In this document: positions 21,350 to 31,301 of the stretch, piece by piece
Numbering within the stretch: position 1 is the first letter of the stretch
Layout: every line of letters starts with the position of its first letter
Assembly (NCBI GenBank): GCA_041695225.1
Contig: JBGFRI010000037.1
Coordinates: 61,647-125,646, forward strand
Direction: 5' to 3'
Source of the DNA: Deinococcota bacterium
GTDB taxonomy: Bacteria; Deinococcota; Deinococci; Deinococcales; Thermaceae
Length of the DNA: 64,000 nt
The notes under the pieces: generated by a model
The model's database searches: none
Seen by the model: only the letters and a program-made list of their open reading frames with translations
Told to the model about the DNA's origin: nothing
Translations under genes and position numbers: made by a program

Positions 21350-21537
21350 ATGAACCAAGTATGTCAAGCTGACCAGCTGCTCGCCAGGTAAATCCCCCGG
21401 CCTGCGGCCTCTCCCCTTAGTAAGGGGGGTAGAGGGGGATTGAGCCCCCCTTAACAAGGGGGGTTGGGGGGATTGAACAGTGCGCCAGCCTGCTGCCAAA
21501 CTTTGTTGACAAACGCGTCTTGCGTGGTGGCGACCCA
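21350..21537 (+). mobile_element. MITE-like palindromic element, copy 1
   Basis: Highly similar to 25115-25304; TGTCAA...TTGACA inverted ends; internal CCCCTTAGTAAGGGG and CCCCCCTTAACAAGGGGGG hairpins. Confidence 0.8.
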
Positions 21538-21755
21538 TTCGACAAGCTCAGGGCAGGCCCATTCGACAACCCTTCGGCAGACTCAGGTAAGGCTCAGGGC
21601 GGTGCCTGAGACGCAGTCTGAGGGGAAGCAGTCCAGGGCATCCCGTCGGCCAAAGTGTAGTTTGCTCCCGTTCTGGGTCGATTAATCATCCCCATCCTCC
21701 GCCACTCCGTCACCGAGTCCATTGCTTTGTCTGCCCAGGGGCCTCCTTGCAATGC

Positions 21756-23723
21756 CTATGGAAGCAGCGCCACAGCCTGCCAGTAACGCTTTAGACTCTC
21801 TCCAAACTGAGGGGCCAGACCCAGTCTATAGGCTACTGCCACCCGTCTACCTAACGCGCGTACCAGCGCATCGGGGCTGCTTTCCAGACTGCACAGGGCT
21901 TTCTCAGAGAGGGCAATCTGAACCTTTTCGGGATAGGCGGGGGTAACGGGCAGACTGAACCAGTAGGCTGCTTCTTCGGGTCTTACCACCACCGCTCCTC
22001 GGCTAACGAACCAGTCGGCCCCTTCGGGATGCACGTAGACCATGGCGCCCTGGGCCACTGCCTGCTGAACCGCCTGGCGGAATGGCCTTGGGATAGCCCA
22101 GACCTCCGCTTGATGGTCAGCTGACGGAGAGGGTACTAACGCGGTTGGGCGGTACGCCGCAGCACGCAGCTCGATGGTACGCTCACCGTTCCACTCACTC
22201 AGCACCAGACCTGCGGCCAGATCGAGCGCTTCGGGCAAATTTTCGCCGTTGTCGCGCCAGCGGATAACCTTTATTCCGTTCAGACGGAACGACAGGTGCC
22301 TGCCCTCGCTTAGCACCCGCACATGCTCCGGCCTGCCCTGCAAGAAAAAAAGCGGCTCGGGATTACCCTCTCCCAGTGGCTCCAGTAACTGCAATGCTCG
22401 GTATAACTCCTCTAAGTCTTCTCCGTCCAGCCAGCCATCCAGGGTGATCTCTGGCAGCGGCGCAGGAAACTGCCCGGCATACTGCTGGACAGCCCCGGTA
22501 AAGGCAGCGATTTCCTCGTCTCTAATGGCAAAACCCGCCGCCTGGGCATGGCCCCCAAAGCGCTTTAGAAAAGGAGCCGCGTAACGCAAAGCCCCCACCG
22601 CACTGATGCCGGGCGTCGAGCGCACCGATCCCTTGCCGTCGGCGATGATGAAGACCGGTTTGTAGTAATGCTCCAAAACCCGGCTGGCCACAATCCCCAT
22701 CACCCCCGGATGCCCCTCGGAATCGTGTATGACCAGGGCAGGGCTACTGGCATCAATGGTGGGCCAGATGCGCTGGAGCATCTCTTCTTCGATGCGCTGT
22801 CGCTGCGCATTGAGCTGGGTGAGGTGCTCGGCCAGCCGACGGGCCTGGAGCAAATCCTGGGTGGTCAGGAGTTGCAGGGCTACCTCGGCCTGGCCCAGCC
22901 TCGAGGCTGCATTGATGCGGGGAGCGATGCGAAAGGCAATCTCGCTGGCGCTAAAGGCTTTGCAGTGCTCGGCTGCCAGCACATTTAAGCCCAGATGTGC
23001 CGAATCGCGTAGGCGGCGGAGCCCCTCCTGCACCAGGGCCCGGTTGAAGCCCTGCAAGGGCGCCACGTCGGCCACCGTGCCGATGGCGGCCAGGTCGGCA
23101 TACTCCAGGGGTGGGTCCTGGCCCAGCAGTGCATACACCTGCCACAGCAGCAGAAAAGCCACCCCCGAACCGGTGGGATGAGCCTGTCCTGTAAGCTCGG
23201 GCGAGAGCGCCGGATGCACAATCAGGCCGGGTGGAGTGTCCCCGGCTGGCGAGTGGTGGTCGGTTACCAGCACCGAGATACCGTTGTCCACCAGTTCTTT
23301 CAGCTCGGCCTGGTTGGTGATGCCGCAGTCTACGGTGATGAAGAGATCGCAGGCTTCCAGGTGCTCCGGCACCCGATCCACCAGTACCCCATAGCCCTCG
23401 CTCAGGCGATGGGGGATAAAAGCGTGAATCTCGGCTCCCAGCTTGCCCAGACCATTCAGCAAAATTGCCGTGCCGGTGAGGCCGTCGGCGTCGTAATCGC
23501 CATGCACCCGGATCCGCTGGCGCTTCTCCATGGCCTCGATAATCCGCAAGGCGGCTGGCTTTAGCCCTGCAATCGGCAGGAGCTCGAGGGGAGGGTTTAG
23601 GTCTTCCTTGCGCCTGAACCCACGGTTCCAAAGTGCCGAGGCCGCCAGGGGAGAGATGCCCAGCTGCTCCACCAACGGGCGAAGCTCGGAGATATGGGGC
23701 CAGTCACGGAATTTCCAGATCAT
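21756..23723 (-). CDS. recJ: ssDNA exonuclease RecJ
   Basis: GDYDADG, TVDCG, TDHH, GTVADV, PRINA, GGHAQAAG. Confidence 0.97.
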   Translation of the reverse strand: MIWKFRDWPHISELRPLVEQLGISPLAASALWNRGFRRKEDLNPPLELLPIAGLKPAALRIIEAMEKRQRIRVHGDYDADGLTGTAILLNGLGKLGAEIHAFIPHRLSEGYGVLVDRVPEHLEACDLFITVDCGITNQAELKELVDNGISVLVTDHHSPAGDTPPGLIVHPALSPELTGQAHPTGSGVAFLLLWQVYALLGQDPPLEYADLAAIGTVADVAPLQGFNRALVQEGLRRLRDSAHLGLNVLAAEHCKAFSASEIAFRIAPRINAASRLGQAEVALQLLTTQDLLQARRLAEHLTQLNAQRQRIEEEMLQRIWPTIDASSPALVIHDSEGHPGVMGIVASRVLEHYYKPVFIIADGKGSVRSTPGISAVGALRYAAPFLKRFGGHAQAAGFAIRDEEIAAFTGAVQQYAGQFPAPLPEITLDGWLDGEDLEELYRALQLLEPLGEGNPEPLFFLQGRPEHVRVLSEGRHLSFRLNGIKVIRWRDNGENLPEALDLAAGLVLSEWNGERTIELRAAAYRPTALVPSPSADHQAEVWAIPRPFRQAVQQAVAQGAMVYVHPEGADWFVSRGAVVVRPEEAAYWFSLPVTPAYPEKVQIALSEKALCSLESSPDALVRALGRRVAVAYRLGLAPQFGESLKRYWQAVALLP

Positions 23724-23747
23724 GCAAGGCCTACCAGAGATACACAT

Positions 23748-23950
23748 GCTGATAGCTGATAGCCGATGGTCAATGATCTATGGTCCATAGTCTATGGTCC
23801 ATGGTCTATGGTCGACGGTCAATGGTTCATAGCTGACTTTATGAGACCCTCACGCTTGAGAGGCCTAGACTCCAGACCCTTGACAAACTCCGGCCTTCGA
23901 CCCTCGACTATTGACAAACTATGGCCCTCGACTATAGGCGCTTGACTCTT
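23748..23950. repeat. Mixed 7-bp arrays upstream of recJ
   Basis: GATAGCT, TATGGTC and TCGACCC/TCGACTA units. Confidence 0.8.
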
Positions 23951-23968
23951 CACTCCATTAGCCGCCTG

Positions 23969-24280
23969 TTAGAGTAGCCGATCCGGGATGACCGGGGTTT
24001 CCTGGGGGTGTTCTCTGCGCAGGGCCTCGAGTTCACTCTGGACCTTGCGCAGTTCGCGGTAACGTTTGCGCAAGGCCGCCTGGGCATATAACCAACCAGC
24101 TAGCACATACAGCCCCATCACGGCCAGGCCCAGTACAAAGGCCCCCAGAATCAGGAAAACCAGGTGTACGTGGCCCCAGGGGGTTCCCAGCAACAGCCCG
24201 GGCTCCAAGGAGTACAGGGCCCACGCCGCTGCGGCTATGGCCAGCGTGATCAAGAAAGCCAGACCATTGAGGAATTTCAT
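23969..24280 (-). CDS. Small membrane protein (LapA-like topology)
   Basis: Two TM helices plus a basic coiled coil; TAAACT lies 6 nt before the ATG. Confidence 0.75.
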   Translation of the reverse strand: MKFLNGLAFLITLAIAAAAWALYSLEPGLLLGTPWGHVHLVFLILGAFVLGLAVMGLYVLAGWLYAQAALRKRYRELRKVQSELEALRREHPQETPVIPDRLL

Positions 24281-24318
24281 GTCAGAAGTTTACCCCAGAA
24301 CTTGCAACCCCACGGCAG

Positions 24319-25020
24319 TCAGACCCATTTCTTGAGGTCAATACGGCCCTCGTAAATGGCTTTGCCAGTAATGGCCCCTTCCACACCCAGGCTCTTAAGA
24401 CCCTCAATATCCGCGTCTGAGGCAATTCCCCCTCCGGCAATCAGGAAGCCCGGCCAGGCTGCACGAACTTCGCGCACCACCTCTAGGTCGAGCCCGGCCA
24501 GGGTGCCATCCCGGCGTACATCTGTATAAATCAGGGTGCGTACTCCCATCTGCCACATCCGCTGGCTCAACTCGGGCACCCGGAGGGCAGTTCCTTCCAC
24601 CCAGCCCGAAACCACCACCTCCATCCCTCTGGCATCCAGGCTCACCACCACCCGCTCGGCCCCAAACTCCCTTAGCATCTGGCGCAACACTTCCGGAGCC
24701 TTGACCGCTACCGTGCCCACCACCACCCGGCTGGCTCCCAAAGCGAGAATTTCCCTGGCCGTCTCCACACTACGCACCCCACCCCCCACTTCAAAGGGGA
24801 TGGTGATTTTGCCGGCAATCGCCCGGATTATGGCCCGGTTTTCCCCCCGGCCGGTGGCTGCATCCAGGTCTACCAGGTGCAGCATTCTGGCGCCTTGCTT
24901 TTCGAAGTGCAAAGCTGCTTCGGTGGGATCTTCGTAATAGACGGTTTCCTGGCTGGGGTCGCCTTCATACAGGCGGACAGCCCGGCCAGACTGGATATCT
25001 ACCGCAGGAATGACCAGCAC
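24319..25020 (-). CDS. hisA: ProFAR isomerase HisA
   Basis: IPAVDI..GRAVRL, HLVDLD, VGGGVR, TDVRRDGTLAG. Confidence 0.97.
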   Translation of the reverse strand: MLVIPAVDIQSGRAVRLYEGDPSQETVYYEDPTEAALHFEKQGARMLHLVDLDAATGRGENRAIIRAIAGKITIPFEVGGGVRSVETAREILALGASRVVVGTVAVKAPEVLRQMLREFGAERVVVSLDARGMEVVVSGWVEGTALRVPELSQRMWQMGVRTLIYTDVRRDGTLAGLDLEVVREVRAAWPGFLIAGGGIASDADIEGLKSLGVEGAITGKAIYEGRIDLKKWV

Positions 25021-25114
25021 TCGCGGATTGTATACCAGGATTGCTGGTAAGTAGTTTTCAACTATATCTTGAGTGATGATCCGACGGGAGCTCGCACAGG
25101 ATGTCTAGCACGCG

Positions 25115-25304
25115 ATGAACCTAAGTGTGTCAAGTAGACCAGTTGCTCGCCAGGTAAATCCCCCCGGCCTACGGCCTCCCCCCTTAGTAACGGGGTAAAG
25201 GGGGATTGAGCCCCCCTTTAACAAGGGGGGTTGGGGGGATTGAACAGTGCGCCAGCCTGCTGCCAAACTCTGTTGACACACGCGCCTTGCACGGTGACGA
25301 CCCA
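25115..25304 (+). mobile_element. MITE-like palindromic element, copy 2
   Basis: GTGTGTCAA (25125) ... TTGACACAC (25281) inverted termini; direct repeat of 21350-21537. Confidence 0.8.
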
Positions 25305-25457
25305 GCCAGTTTGCAATGATCGTTAGGGGTTATCTGCCGATTCAGCCTGGAGCAACTTAACTGGCTCCCGAGGCGATAGCAGAAGCCCTGGGTGCGCCAA
25401 AGAAAGGACGCGTTTAGCGGCGGTTTTTGGCTTGCCGATGTCGAATGAACCCAGTCA

Positions 25458-26354
25458 TCAGTAAATCTTTTTTCCCAGCAGGCTGCTGGCGAGTTCTACC
25501 ATTATTCTGGCCGTGCGGTTGGCAATGTCGAGAATGGGGTTCACCTCAACCAGATCCAGGCTGGTGACAATTTTAGCGTCGGCCAGCAGCTCCATCAGCA
25601 GATGCGCCTCGCGGTAGGTCAGGCCCCCGGCCACGGGCGTTCCCACCCCCGGCGCGATTTCGGGGTCGAGCACGTCGGCATCGAGGGAGACATGTACCCT
25701 GGCAAAACCCCGAAGTTTGTCCACCGCCGCCTGAGCAATAGCCGGAATGCCCTTCACATCAATTTCTTTCATGGTGAAAACCGTCACCCCCCGCTCGCGC
25801 AATAGCCTGACCTCGCCGGCATCCAGGCTACGAATCCCGATCAGCACCACGTCTTCGGGCCGGACCTTGGCCCCAGGGTGGCTCAGGTTTACCAGGCGCT
25901 CGTCTCCCAGGCCGCACAGGTGTGCTAGGGGCATCCCGTGAATATTGCCGCTGGGGCTGGTCTGGGGCGTGTTGAAATCGGCGTGGGCATCTACCCAGAC
26001 CACCCCGATGCGCTCACCACGCCCAGCCCCGGTTACCGAACCCATGGCGATGGAGTGGTCGCCGCCCAGCACGATGGGAAACACCTCGGAAGGCAGCTGC
26101 TTTAGGGTCTGGGCCGTCTCCAGGCAGACCGTGCGGATGGCCTCGAGGTAGCCCATGCCACTCGGTTTGTCCTGCTGCTGGCGCAGGCTCTCGGCCACCG
26201 GCACCTTGATATCGCCATAATCGTTTACGAGGTGGCCTAGCCCGGTCAGCACCTCCTGCAAACGCCCATAGCGGATCGCGCTGGGCCCCATGTCTACCCC
26301 ACGCCGCCCCTGGCCCAGATCCATGGGAACCCCCACAATAACTATCTGCTTCAT
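25458..26354 (-). CDS. rocF: Arginase
   Basis: GGDHSIA, DAHADFN, SGNIHGMP, SLDADVLDP, EVNP. Confidence 0.96.
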   Translation of the reverse strand: MKQIVIVGVPMDLGQGRRGVDMGPSAIRYGRLQEVLTGLGHLVNDYGDIKVPVAESLRQQQDKPSGMGYLEAIRTVCLETAQTLKQLPSEVFPIVLGGDHSIAMGSVTGAGRGERIGVVWVDAHADFNTPQTSPSGNIHGMPLAHLCGLGDERLVNLSHPGAKVRPEDVVLIGIRSLDAGEVRLLRERGVTVFTMKEIDVKGIPAIAQAAVDKLRGFARVHVSLDADVLDPEIAPGVGTPVAGGLTYREAHLLMELLADAKIVTSLDLVEVNPILDIANRTARIMVELASSLLGKKIY

Positions 26355-26663
26355 ATGCCCCCAGTTTACGCGGACCGGCAATCATACTCCTCAGAGCCAC
26401 CCTCGGCAACAGGGTGGTTCGCTCAAAAAACCAGCACTGCACATGACCGCCAGTGGGTTTGAGCTGTGGTCATCAGGCCGTAGAATACGGGCGGCATGTG
26501 GCCCCAAGCAGTCCTGCCCCTTTTACCGGGCAGGATCTGCTTACCTCCCAGGCACGGTGTGGCACCAACCTGCAACTGCTGCTCGAGGCTCGGTGGCCAG
26601 GTTTTGCGTGTACGTGAACCCCCGCAGCGTTCGTTAGTTAAACCGAAAAGGAGAGTTTCTACT

Positions 26664-27599
26664 ATGAAAATTGCTGCAAATGTTACCGAGCTGATTGGTA
26701 ACACCCCGCTGGTGCGTCTTAACCGGGTTACTGCTGGCGCGGTGGCGGAGGTGGTGGCCAAACTCGAGTTCTATAACCCCGGCTTGAGCGTTAAAGACCG
26801 AATTGGGGTTGCCATGATTGACGCTGCCGAAAGGGACGGATTGCTAAATAAAGACAAAACCATTGTCGAGCCCACCAGCGGCAACACCGGCATTGCCCTG
26901 GCGATGGTGGCAGCCGCCAGGGGGTATCGCTGCATCCTGACCATGCCCGAGACCATGAGCAAGGAGCGGCGTATTTTGCTTCGGGCCTATGGGGCAGAGC
27001 TGGTGCTGACCCCCGGACCGGAGGGGATGAGCGGCGCAGTGCGCAAGGCCGAGGAGATTGTGGCCACCGCTCCAGACAAATACTTCATGCCGCAGCAGTT
27101 TAAGAACCCGGCCAACCCGGAGATTCACCGCCGCACCACCGCCTTAGAGCTCTGGAACGATACCGCGGGCCAGATTGACATTCTGGTCTGCGGAGTCGGC
27201 ACCGGGGGAACCATTACCGGCGTCGGCGAGGTCATCAAGAGCCGCAATCCGTCCTTCAAGGCCATAGCGGTTGAGCCGGACGCCTCGCCGGTGCTGTCAG
27301 GCGGCGCTAAAGGACTACACAAAATTCAGGGTATTGGGGCGGGCTTTGTGCCGGAGGTACTGAACACCCGTATCTACGACGAGGTTATCCGGGTGACCGA
27401 TGAAGACGCCATAGCGACTGCCCGCCGCCTGGCCAGAGAGGAGGGCCTTCTGGTGGGGATTTCGGCGGGCGCTGCGGTCTGGGCGGCTTTGCAGGTAGCC
27501 AGCCGCCCAGAAAATTCAGGCAGACTGCTGGTGGTCATCATCCCCTCGTTCGGCGAACGCTACTTGTCCTCTTCCTTGTACGCCCATCTATCGGACTAA
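26664..27599 (+). CDS. cysK: Cysteine synthase A
   Basis: IGNTPLV, SVKDRI (PLP Lys), [28 protein letters not shown]; strong SD before 26664. Confidence 0.97.
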   Translation: MKIAANVTELIGNTPLVRLNRVTAGAVAEVVAKLEFYNPGLSVKDRIGVAMIDAAERDGLLNKDKTIVEPTSGNTGIALAMVAAARGYRCILTMPETMSKERRILLRAYGAELVLTPGPEGMSGAVRKAEEIVATAPDKYFMPQQFKNPANPEIHRRTTALELWNDTAGQIDILVCGVGTGGTITGVGEVIKSRNPSFKAIAVEPDASPVLSGGAKGLHKIQGIGAGFVPEVLNTRIYDEVIRVTDEDAIATARRLAREEGLLVGISAGAAVWAALQVASRPENSGRLLVVIIPSFGERYLSSSLYAHLSD

Positions 27600-27711
27600 C
27601 CTGGTGGCCAGGCGCTACACCAGGTAAAGGTCGAGACCCGGGTTTCCCGGTGACGCAGGTTGAACCCAGCCTTACGGTAAAAGCTGTTATTACCGGGTAG
27701 ACTAAGGCAGG

Positions 27712-28260
27712 ATGAAAGCGATTCACAGCATCAACCTGTCGCGCCTGATGCGGGAGGGTGGCAGCACCGACACCACAGGTGAGATCCTGGACTACCTTAC
27801 CCTGGAGCACGAGCGCATTCCCCTCGAGGGCCTGGCCAAGTGGAGTGTTGGAATTACCAGGGTAGAGGGCGAGGGTGGGCAGGAGTTCTGGCTTTCGGGC
27901 GAAATTGCGGGTAATGCCATTCTGGAGTGTCGCCGCTGCCTCAGGCCAACTCCCACCCCGGTGCGCGCCCACTTTCAGTACATGCTGCGCTACAAGCCCG
28001 GTTTATCGCACCTCGAGGCTATCGAGGAAGACCACGAAGAAATCTTGCTCTTTGGTCACCCTGACCTTGATTTGGGGCCACTGCTTAGCGAGGCTTTCGC
28101 CCTCGAGATACCCTACACCACCCTGTGCAAAGCCGACTGCCGGGGCCTCTGCCCGGTTTGTGGCGCTAACCGCAACCAGCAAGACTGCGGCCACCAGGAA
28201 GAACCCCAGACCAGGCTGGGCGCCGAGCTTTCCCGGTTGCTGGGCGATGTGAAGGGCTAA
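27712..28260 (+). CDS. YceD/DUF177 family protein
   Basis: ECRRCL and LCKADCRGLCPVCGANRN..C motifs. Confidence 0.92.
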   Translation: MKAIHSINLSRLMREGGSTDTTGEILDYLTLEHERIPLEGLAKWSVGITRVEGEGGQEFWLSGEIAGNAILECRRCLRPTPTPVRAHFQYMLRYKPGLSHLEAIEEDHEEILLFGHPDLDLGPLLSEAFALEIPYTTLCKADCRGLCPVCGANRNQQDCGHQEEPQTRLGAELSRLLGDVKG

Positions 28261-28383
28261 CCTTCCCACGTCTACACTCCGCAATAGCAATAGGTTTTGC
28301 CGGGCACAGGGCAGCATCCTTTGGTACCCGTTCCTGACCCTGAGTAAAGCCATCAACTGGCCTTTGGTTTTATCCTTTTACCT

Positions 28384-29268
28384 ATGCGTCTGCACCCCGA
28401 AGTAGCCCATGCCCTCAAGACCAGGCAACCGGTGGTAGCCCTCGAGTCCACCGTTATCACCCACGGCCTGCCGCGCCCAGTAAACCTTGACCTGGCCTGC
28501 AAGCTCGAGGATACCGTGCGCCGGGCCGGGGCAACCCCCGCTACCATCGCTCTCGTGAAAGGAGAGGTGGTAGTGGGCCTGAGCCTTCACGAGCTACATG
28601 CCATCGCTGCCGATGACACGGCTGACAAAGCCAGCCTGTGGAACCTGGCTGTACTGGTCGCCCAGGGCAAAAGCGCAGGCACTACCGTGGCCGCTACCAC
28701 TTTCCTGGCCCACCGGGCCGGTATTCAGGTCTTTGCCACCGGCGGAATTGGCGGGGTACACCCGCATCCCTACGATGAATCGGCAGATTTGCTCGAGCTC
28801 TCCCGCACCCCCATTCTAGTGGTATCGGCTGGCCCCAAAAGCATCCTCGACCTGGCTGCCACACTCGAACGCCTGGAGTCGCTGGGTGTGGCCTTGCTGG
28901 GCTATGGAACCAGCCACCTGCCAGCGTTTCACAGCCCTGCCAGCCCCTATCCTCTGCCAGCCCGCGTCGAGTCGGCCAGCGAGGCCGCCAGGACTTTTCT
29001 GGCAGCCCGAGGATTAGGGCTACCCGGCGCCACGCTGGTGCTAAACCCCATCTCCCAGGGTCTGGATTTTGGCCAGGTGCAGCGCTGGGTCGGGCAAGCT
29101 ACACAAGAGGCAGCCAGAACCGGGGTTAGCGGCAAGGCCCTGACGCCCTTCCTGTTGCGGCGCATTTCCGAGCTGAGTGGGGGCCAGAGCGACAAAGCCA
29201 ATTTGCGCCTGCTGGAAGAGAATGCTGGCCTGGCTGCACAAATTGCGCTGGCCCTGGCCCGGCTATAG
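28384..29268 (+). CDS. psuG: Pseudouridine-5'-phosphate glycosidase
   Basis: VALESTVITHG, TTVAAT, FATGGIGGVH, SADL, KSILD, TPFLL. Confidence 0.95.
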   Translation: MRLHPEVAHALKTRQPVVALESTVITHGLPRPVNLDLACKLEDTVRRAGATPATIALVKGEVVVGLSLHELHAIAADDTADKASLWNLAVLVAQGKSAGTTVAATTFLAHRAGIQVFATGGIGGVHPHPYDESADLLELSRTPILVVSAGPKSILDLAATLERLESLGVALLGYGTSHLPAFHSPASPYPLPARVESASEAARTFLAARGLGLPGATLVLNPISQGLDFGQVQRWVGQATQEAARTGVSGKALTPFLLRRISELSGGQSDKANLRLLEENAGLAAQIALALARL

Positions 29269-29277
29269 CCTGCTGCA

Positions 29278-29520
29278 CTTTTGTGAGGCGTCTCAAGTCC
29301 CAGGTCTTTTTGGCTTGCGAGCTGCGACCTGCGAAACAGGCGCTAACGCGCCTGGTCGAAGGTCTGAAGACAAAGGTCGAAGGCCAGAACGCGAGGCAGT
29401 CGCAGACCTTAGACCTTAGACTTGCGACGATAGGAGCACTTGACCTTCGACCTGCGACATCTTTTGTGAAGCGTCAGGCCCCCGCCTCGAACTCCGGGGT
29501 CCCTCAGGTTGGATGGACAC
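29278..29520 (-). repeat. Composite dispersed element, copy D (reverse orientation)
   Basis: Reverse complement of the head at about 29461-29520, with 7-bp arrays bracketed by GACGC(T/C)TCACAAAAG. Confidence 0.85.
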
Positions 29521-29582
29521 TTTTCACTGTCAGATGACCACTCATATACACCTGCTGGCTGGGTAGCATAGAATAAGGGGTC

Positions 29583-30488
29583 ATGTGTGAGCTGGGTAAG
29601 CGGCTGAGAGAGTCCCGTGAGGCCAAGGGGCTCGAGCTAGCCCAGGCCGCAGAGCTTCTCAAGATGCGACGGAATATTCTCGAGGCCCTCGAGGACTGCC
29701 GCTTTGACCAACTACCCGAGCCCGCCCTGGCCCGCGGTTACCTCAAACGTTATGCCCAACTGCTGGGCCTAGATCCGGCCCCCCTGCTCGCGCTTTACCC
29801 GGTCGGCATCCCCCAGCTTTCGGGGCCAGCCGGTTCGGCCCAGACCAGTTCTACCTTCCCAACCCCTCGGTGGCTGTGGCTGATGCCGCTGGTTTTGCTG
29901 CTGGTGGTGCTGGGCTGGTTTGGGCTTCGGCTACTGAGCCCGCAGGTTGCGCCTGCTCCAGTGCAAAACCTCCCCGCTCCGGTCACGCCTCCGCCTGTAC
30001 CGCAGATCAATTTGCGAGTCGCCACCCAGCCTACCGGCGCCCGGGTCTACCTGGATGGCTTTTTGTTGGGTCAGGCCCCCCTCGAGGCCCGGGTGGAGGC
30101 CGGCCAGCGTACCCTGCGCATTGAGGCGCCTGGCTATCACAAATACGAACAAGCGCTTACCCTGCAGTCTGACCGCAGTCTCAGCTTTGCCCTGACGCCC
30201 ATTCCCCCTGCGCCCAGGGCGCCCCAACCACCGGCTCCAGCTACCCCCATACCCACTACGGGCCTGGTGCTGAGGCTCGAGGGGACCAGCTGGATCCGTG
30301 TCACCGACCCACGCACGGGCCGGCTGCTCTACGAAGGCACCGTGCCCGGCGGAACAGACCTCAGCTATCCATTGCCGGTGGCAGTTCGAGTTGGCAATGC
30401 CGGGGCTGTACGGGTGATTCTGAACGGGCAGGACCGGGGCCTGATGGGCAGGACGGGTCAGGTGGTGGTGCAGACCTTCGGGCAGTAG
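29583..30488 (+). CDS. RodZ-like protein (HTH, TM, PEGA, DUF4115-like)
   Basis: N-terminal HTH (RGYLKRYAQLLGL), one TM helix, PEGA (TQPTGARVYLDG), C-terminal SWIRV..VGNAGAV. Confidence 0.85.
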   Translation: MCELGKRLRESREAKGLELAQAAELLKMRRNILEALEDCRFDQLPEPALARGYLKRYAQLLGLDPAPLLALYPVGIPQLSGPAGSAQTSSTFPTPRWLWLMPLVLLLVVLGWFGLRLLSPQVAPAPVQNLPAPVTPPPVPQINLRVATQPTGARVYLDGFLLGQAPLEARVEAGQRTLRIEAPGYHKYEQALTLQSDRSLSFALTPIPPAPRAPQPPAPATPIPTTGLVLRLEGTSWIRVTDPRTGRLLYEGTVPGGTDLSYPLPVAVRVGNAGAVRVILNGQDRGLMGRTGQVVVQTFGQ

Positions 30489-30962
30489 GTTTTTCACCTT
30501 GCTTATGGTGGTTGGTGCCGTAAACACGATGAAAAGTAGTTATGGCCTTTCGGGCCGCAGTTCTGCCGCCTGAGGTCCATGGAATGCTTCAGCGAACTTC
30601 GTGCAAAGTCACTCTGGTAGGTCTTGCGGGCTTAGACTGAAGTCCCTGCTGATGAAAGCGGAGAAAATGATGCCTGGGACAGGGAATGGTGGCTCTGAAC
30701 GGCGTCTGAGTATACCCATGTAGCAGTGGTCACATCTCCCGCGCATCACCACCAGTCGCCTGTGACAATGGCTCTGCCTTGGGGCGGCGAAAGGCCGTCT
30801 GGGTACAGAAGGGTCGAGAGTCGAGGGCAGAGGGTCTAGGGTGAAGGGCAGATAGTCGAGGGCCAAGCCTAGAAGGACCTGCCCAGGACGATGACGCGGC
30901 CGAGGAGCTATGTAAGCTTTTCTGGTCAGCAGAAACCCCTTGCCCAGCCCTGGGAACTTCAG

Positions 30963-31297
30963 CCTAACCTCCACCGTCAAGGGGAGGAACTGCTCTACCG
31001 AGTGTTTTATATGAGTCACACGGTCTGGTCATGTAAAGAATCCGAGTAACTCCCTCCCCTGTGAGGCTGGTTAGCCAGTTCTGAGCAGGTAGAAAATAAC
31101 TCCAGATCACCTCCCCCCGTGCGGGGGAGGGCTGGGAGGGGGGTCTCGGCGCCAGCGGAGCTTTTCTCTTCCTGTCTCAACGCTTCGCCTTTGGCTCACA
31201 CCCCCACCTAACCTCCCCCGTCGAGGGGGAGGAACTACTCTACCGGGTTTTTTACATGAGTCACACAACCTGGCCATGTAAACAATCCGGGTAACTT
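30963..31297. repeat. Degenerate ~90-bp direct repeat enclosing REP-like G/C palindromes, downstream of secDF
   Basis: CCTAACCTCC.CCGTC.AGGGGAGGAACT.CTCTACCG...ATGAGTCACAC...CATGTAAA.AATCCG.GTAACT at about 30963 and 31207; each copy contains an inverted repeat. Confidence 0.75.
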
Positions 31298-31301
31298 CGG
31301 G

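Noticed and set aside
30609..31019. 136-aa ORF, and small ORFs at 19065, 21137, 29283 and 51823
   Set aside because: They largely translate repeat elements (e.g. TLDPLPSTLDP, DLRPAT) and lack credible starts.
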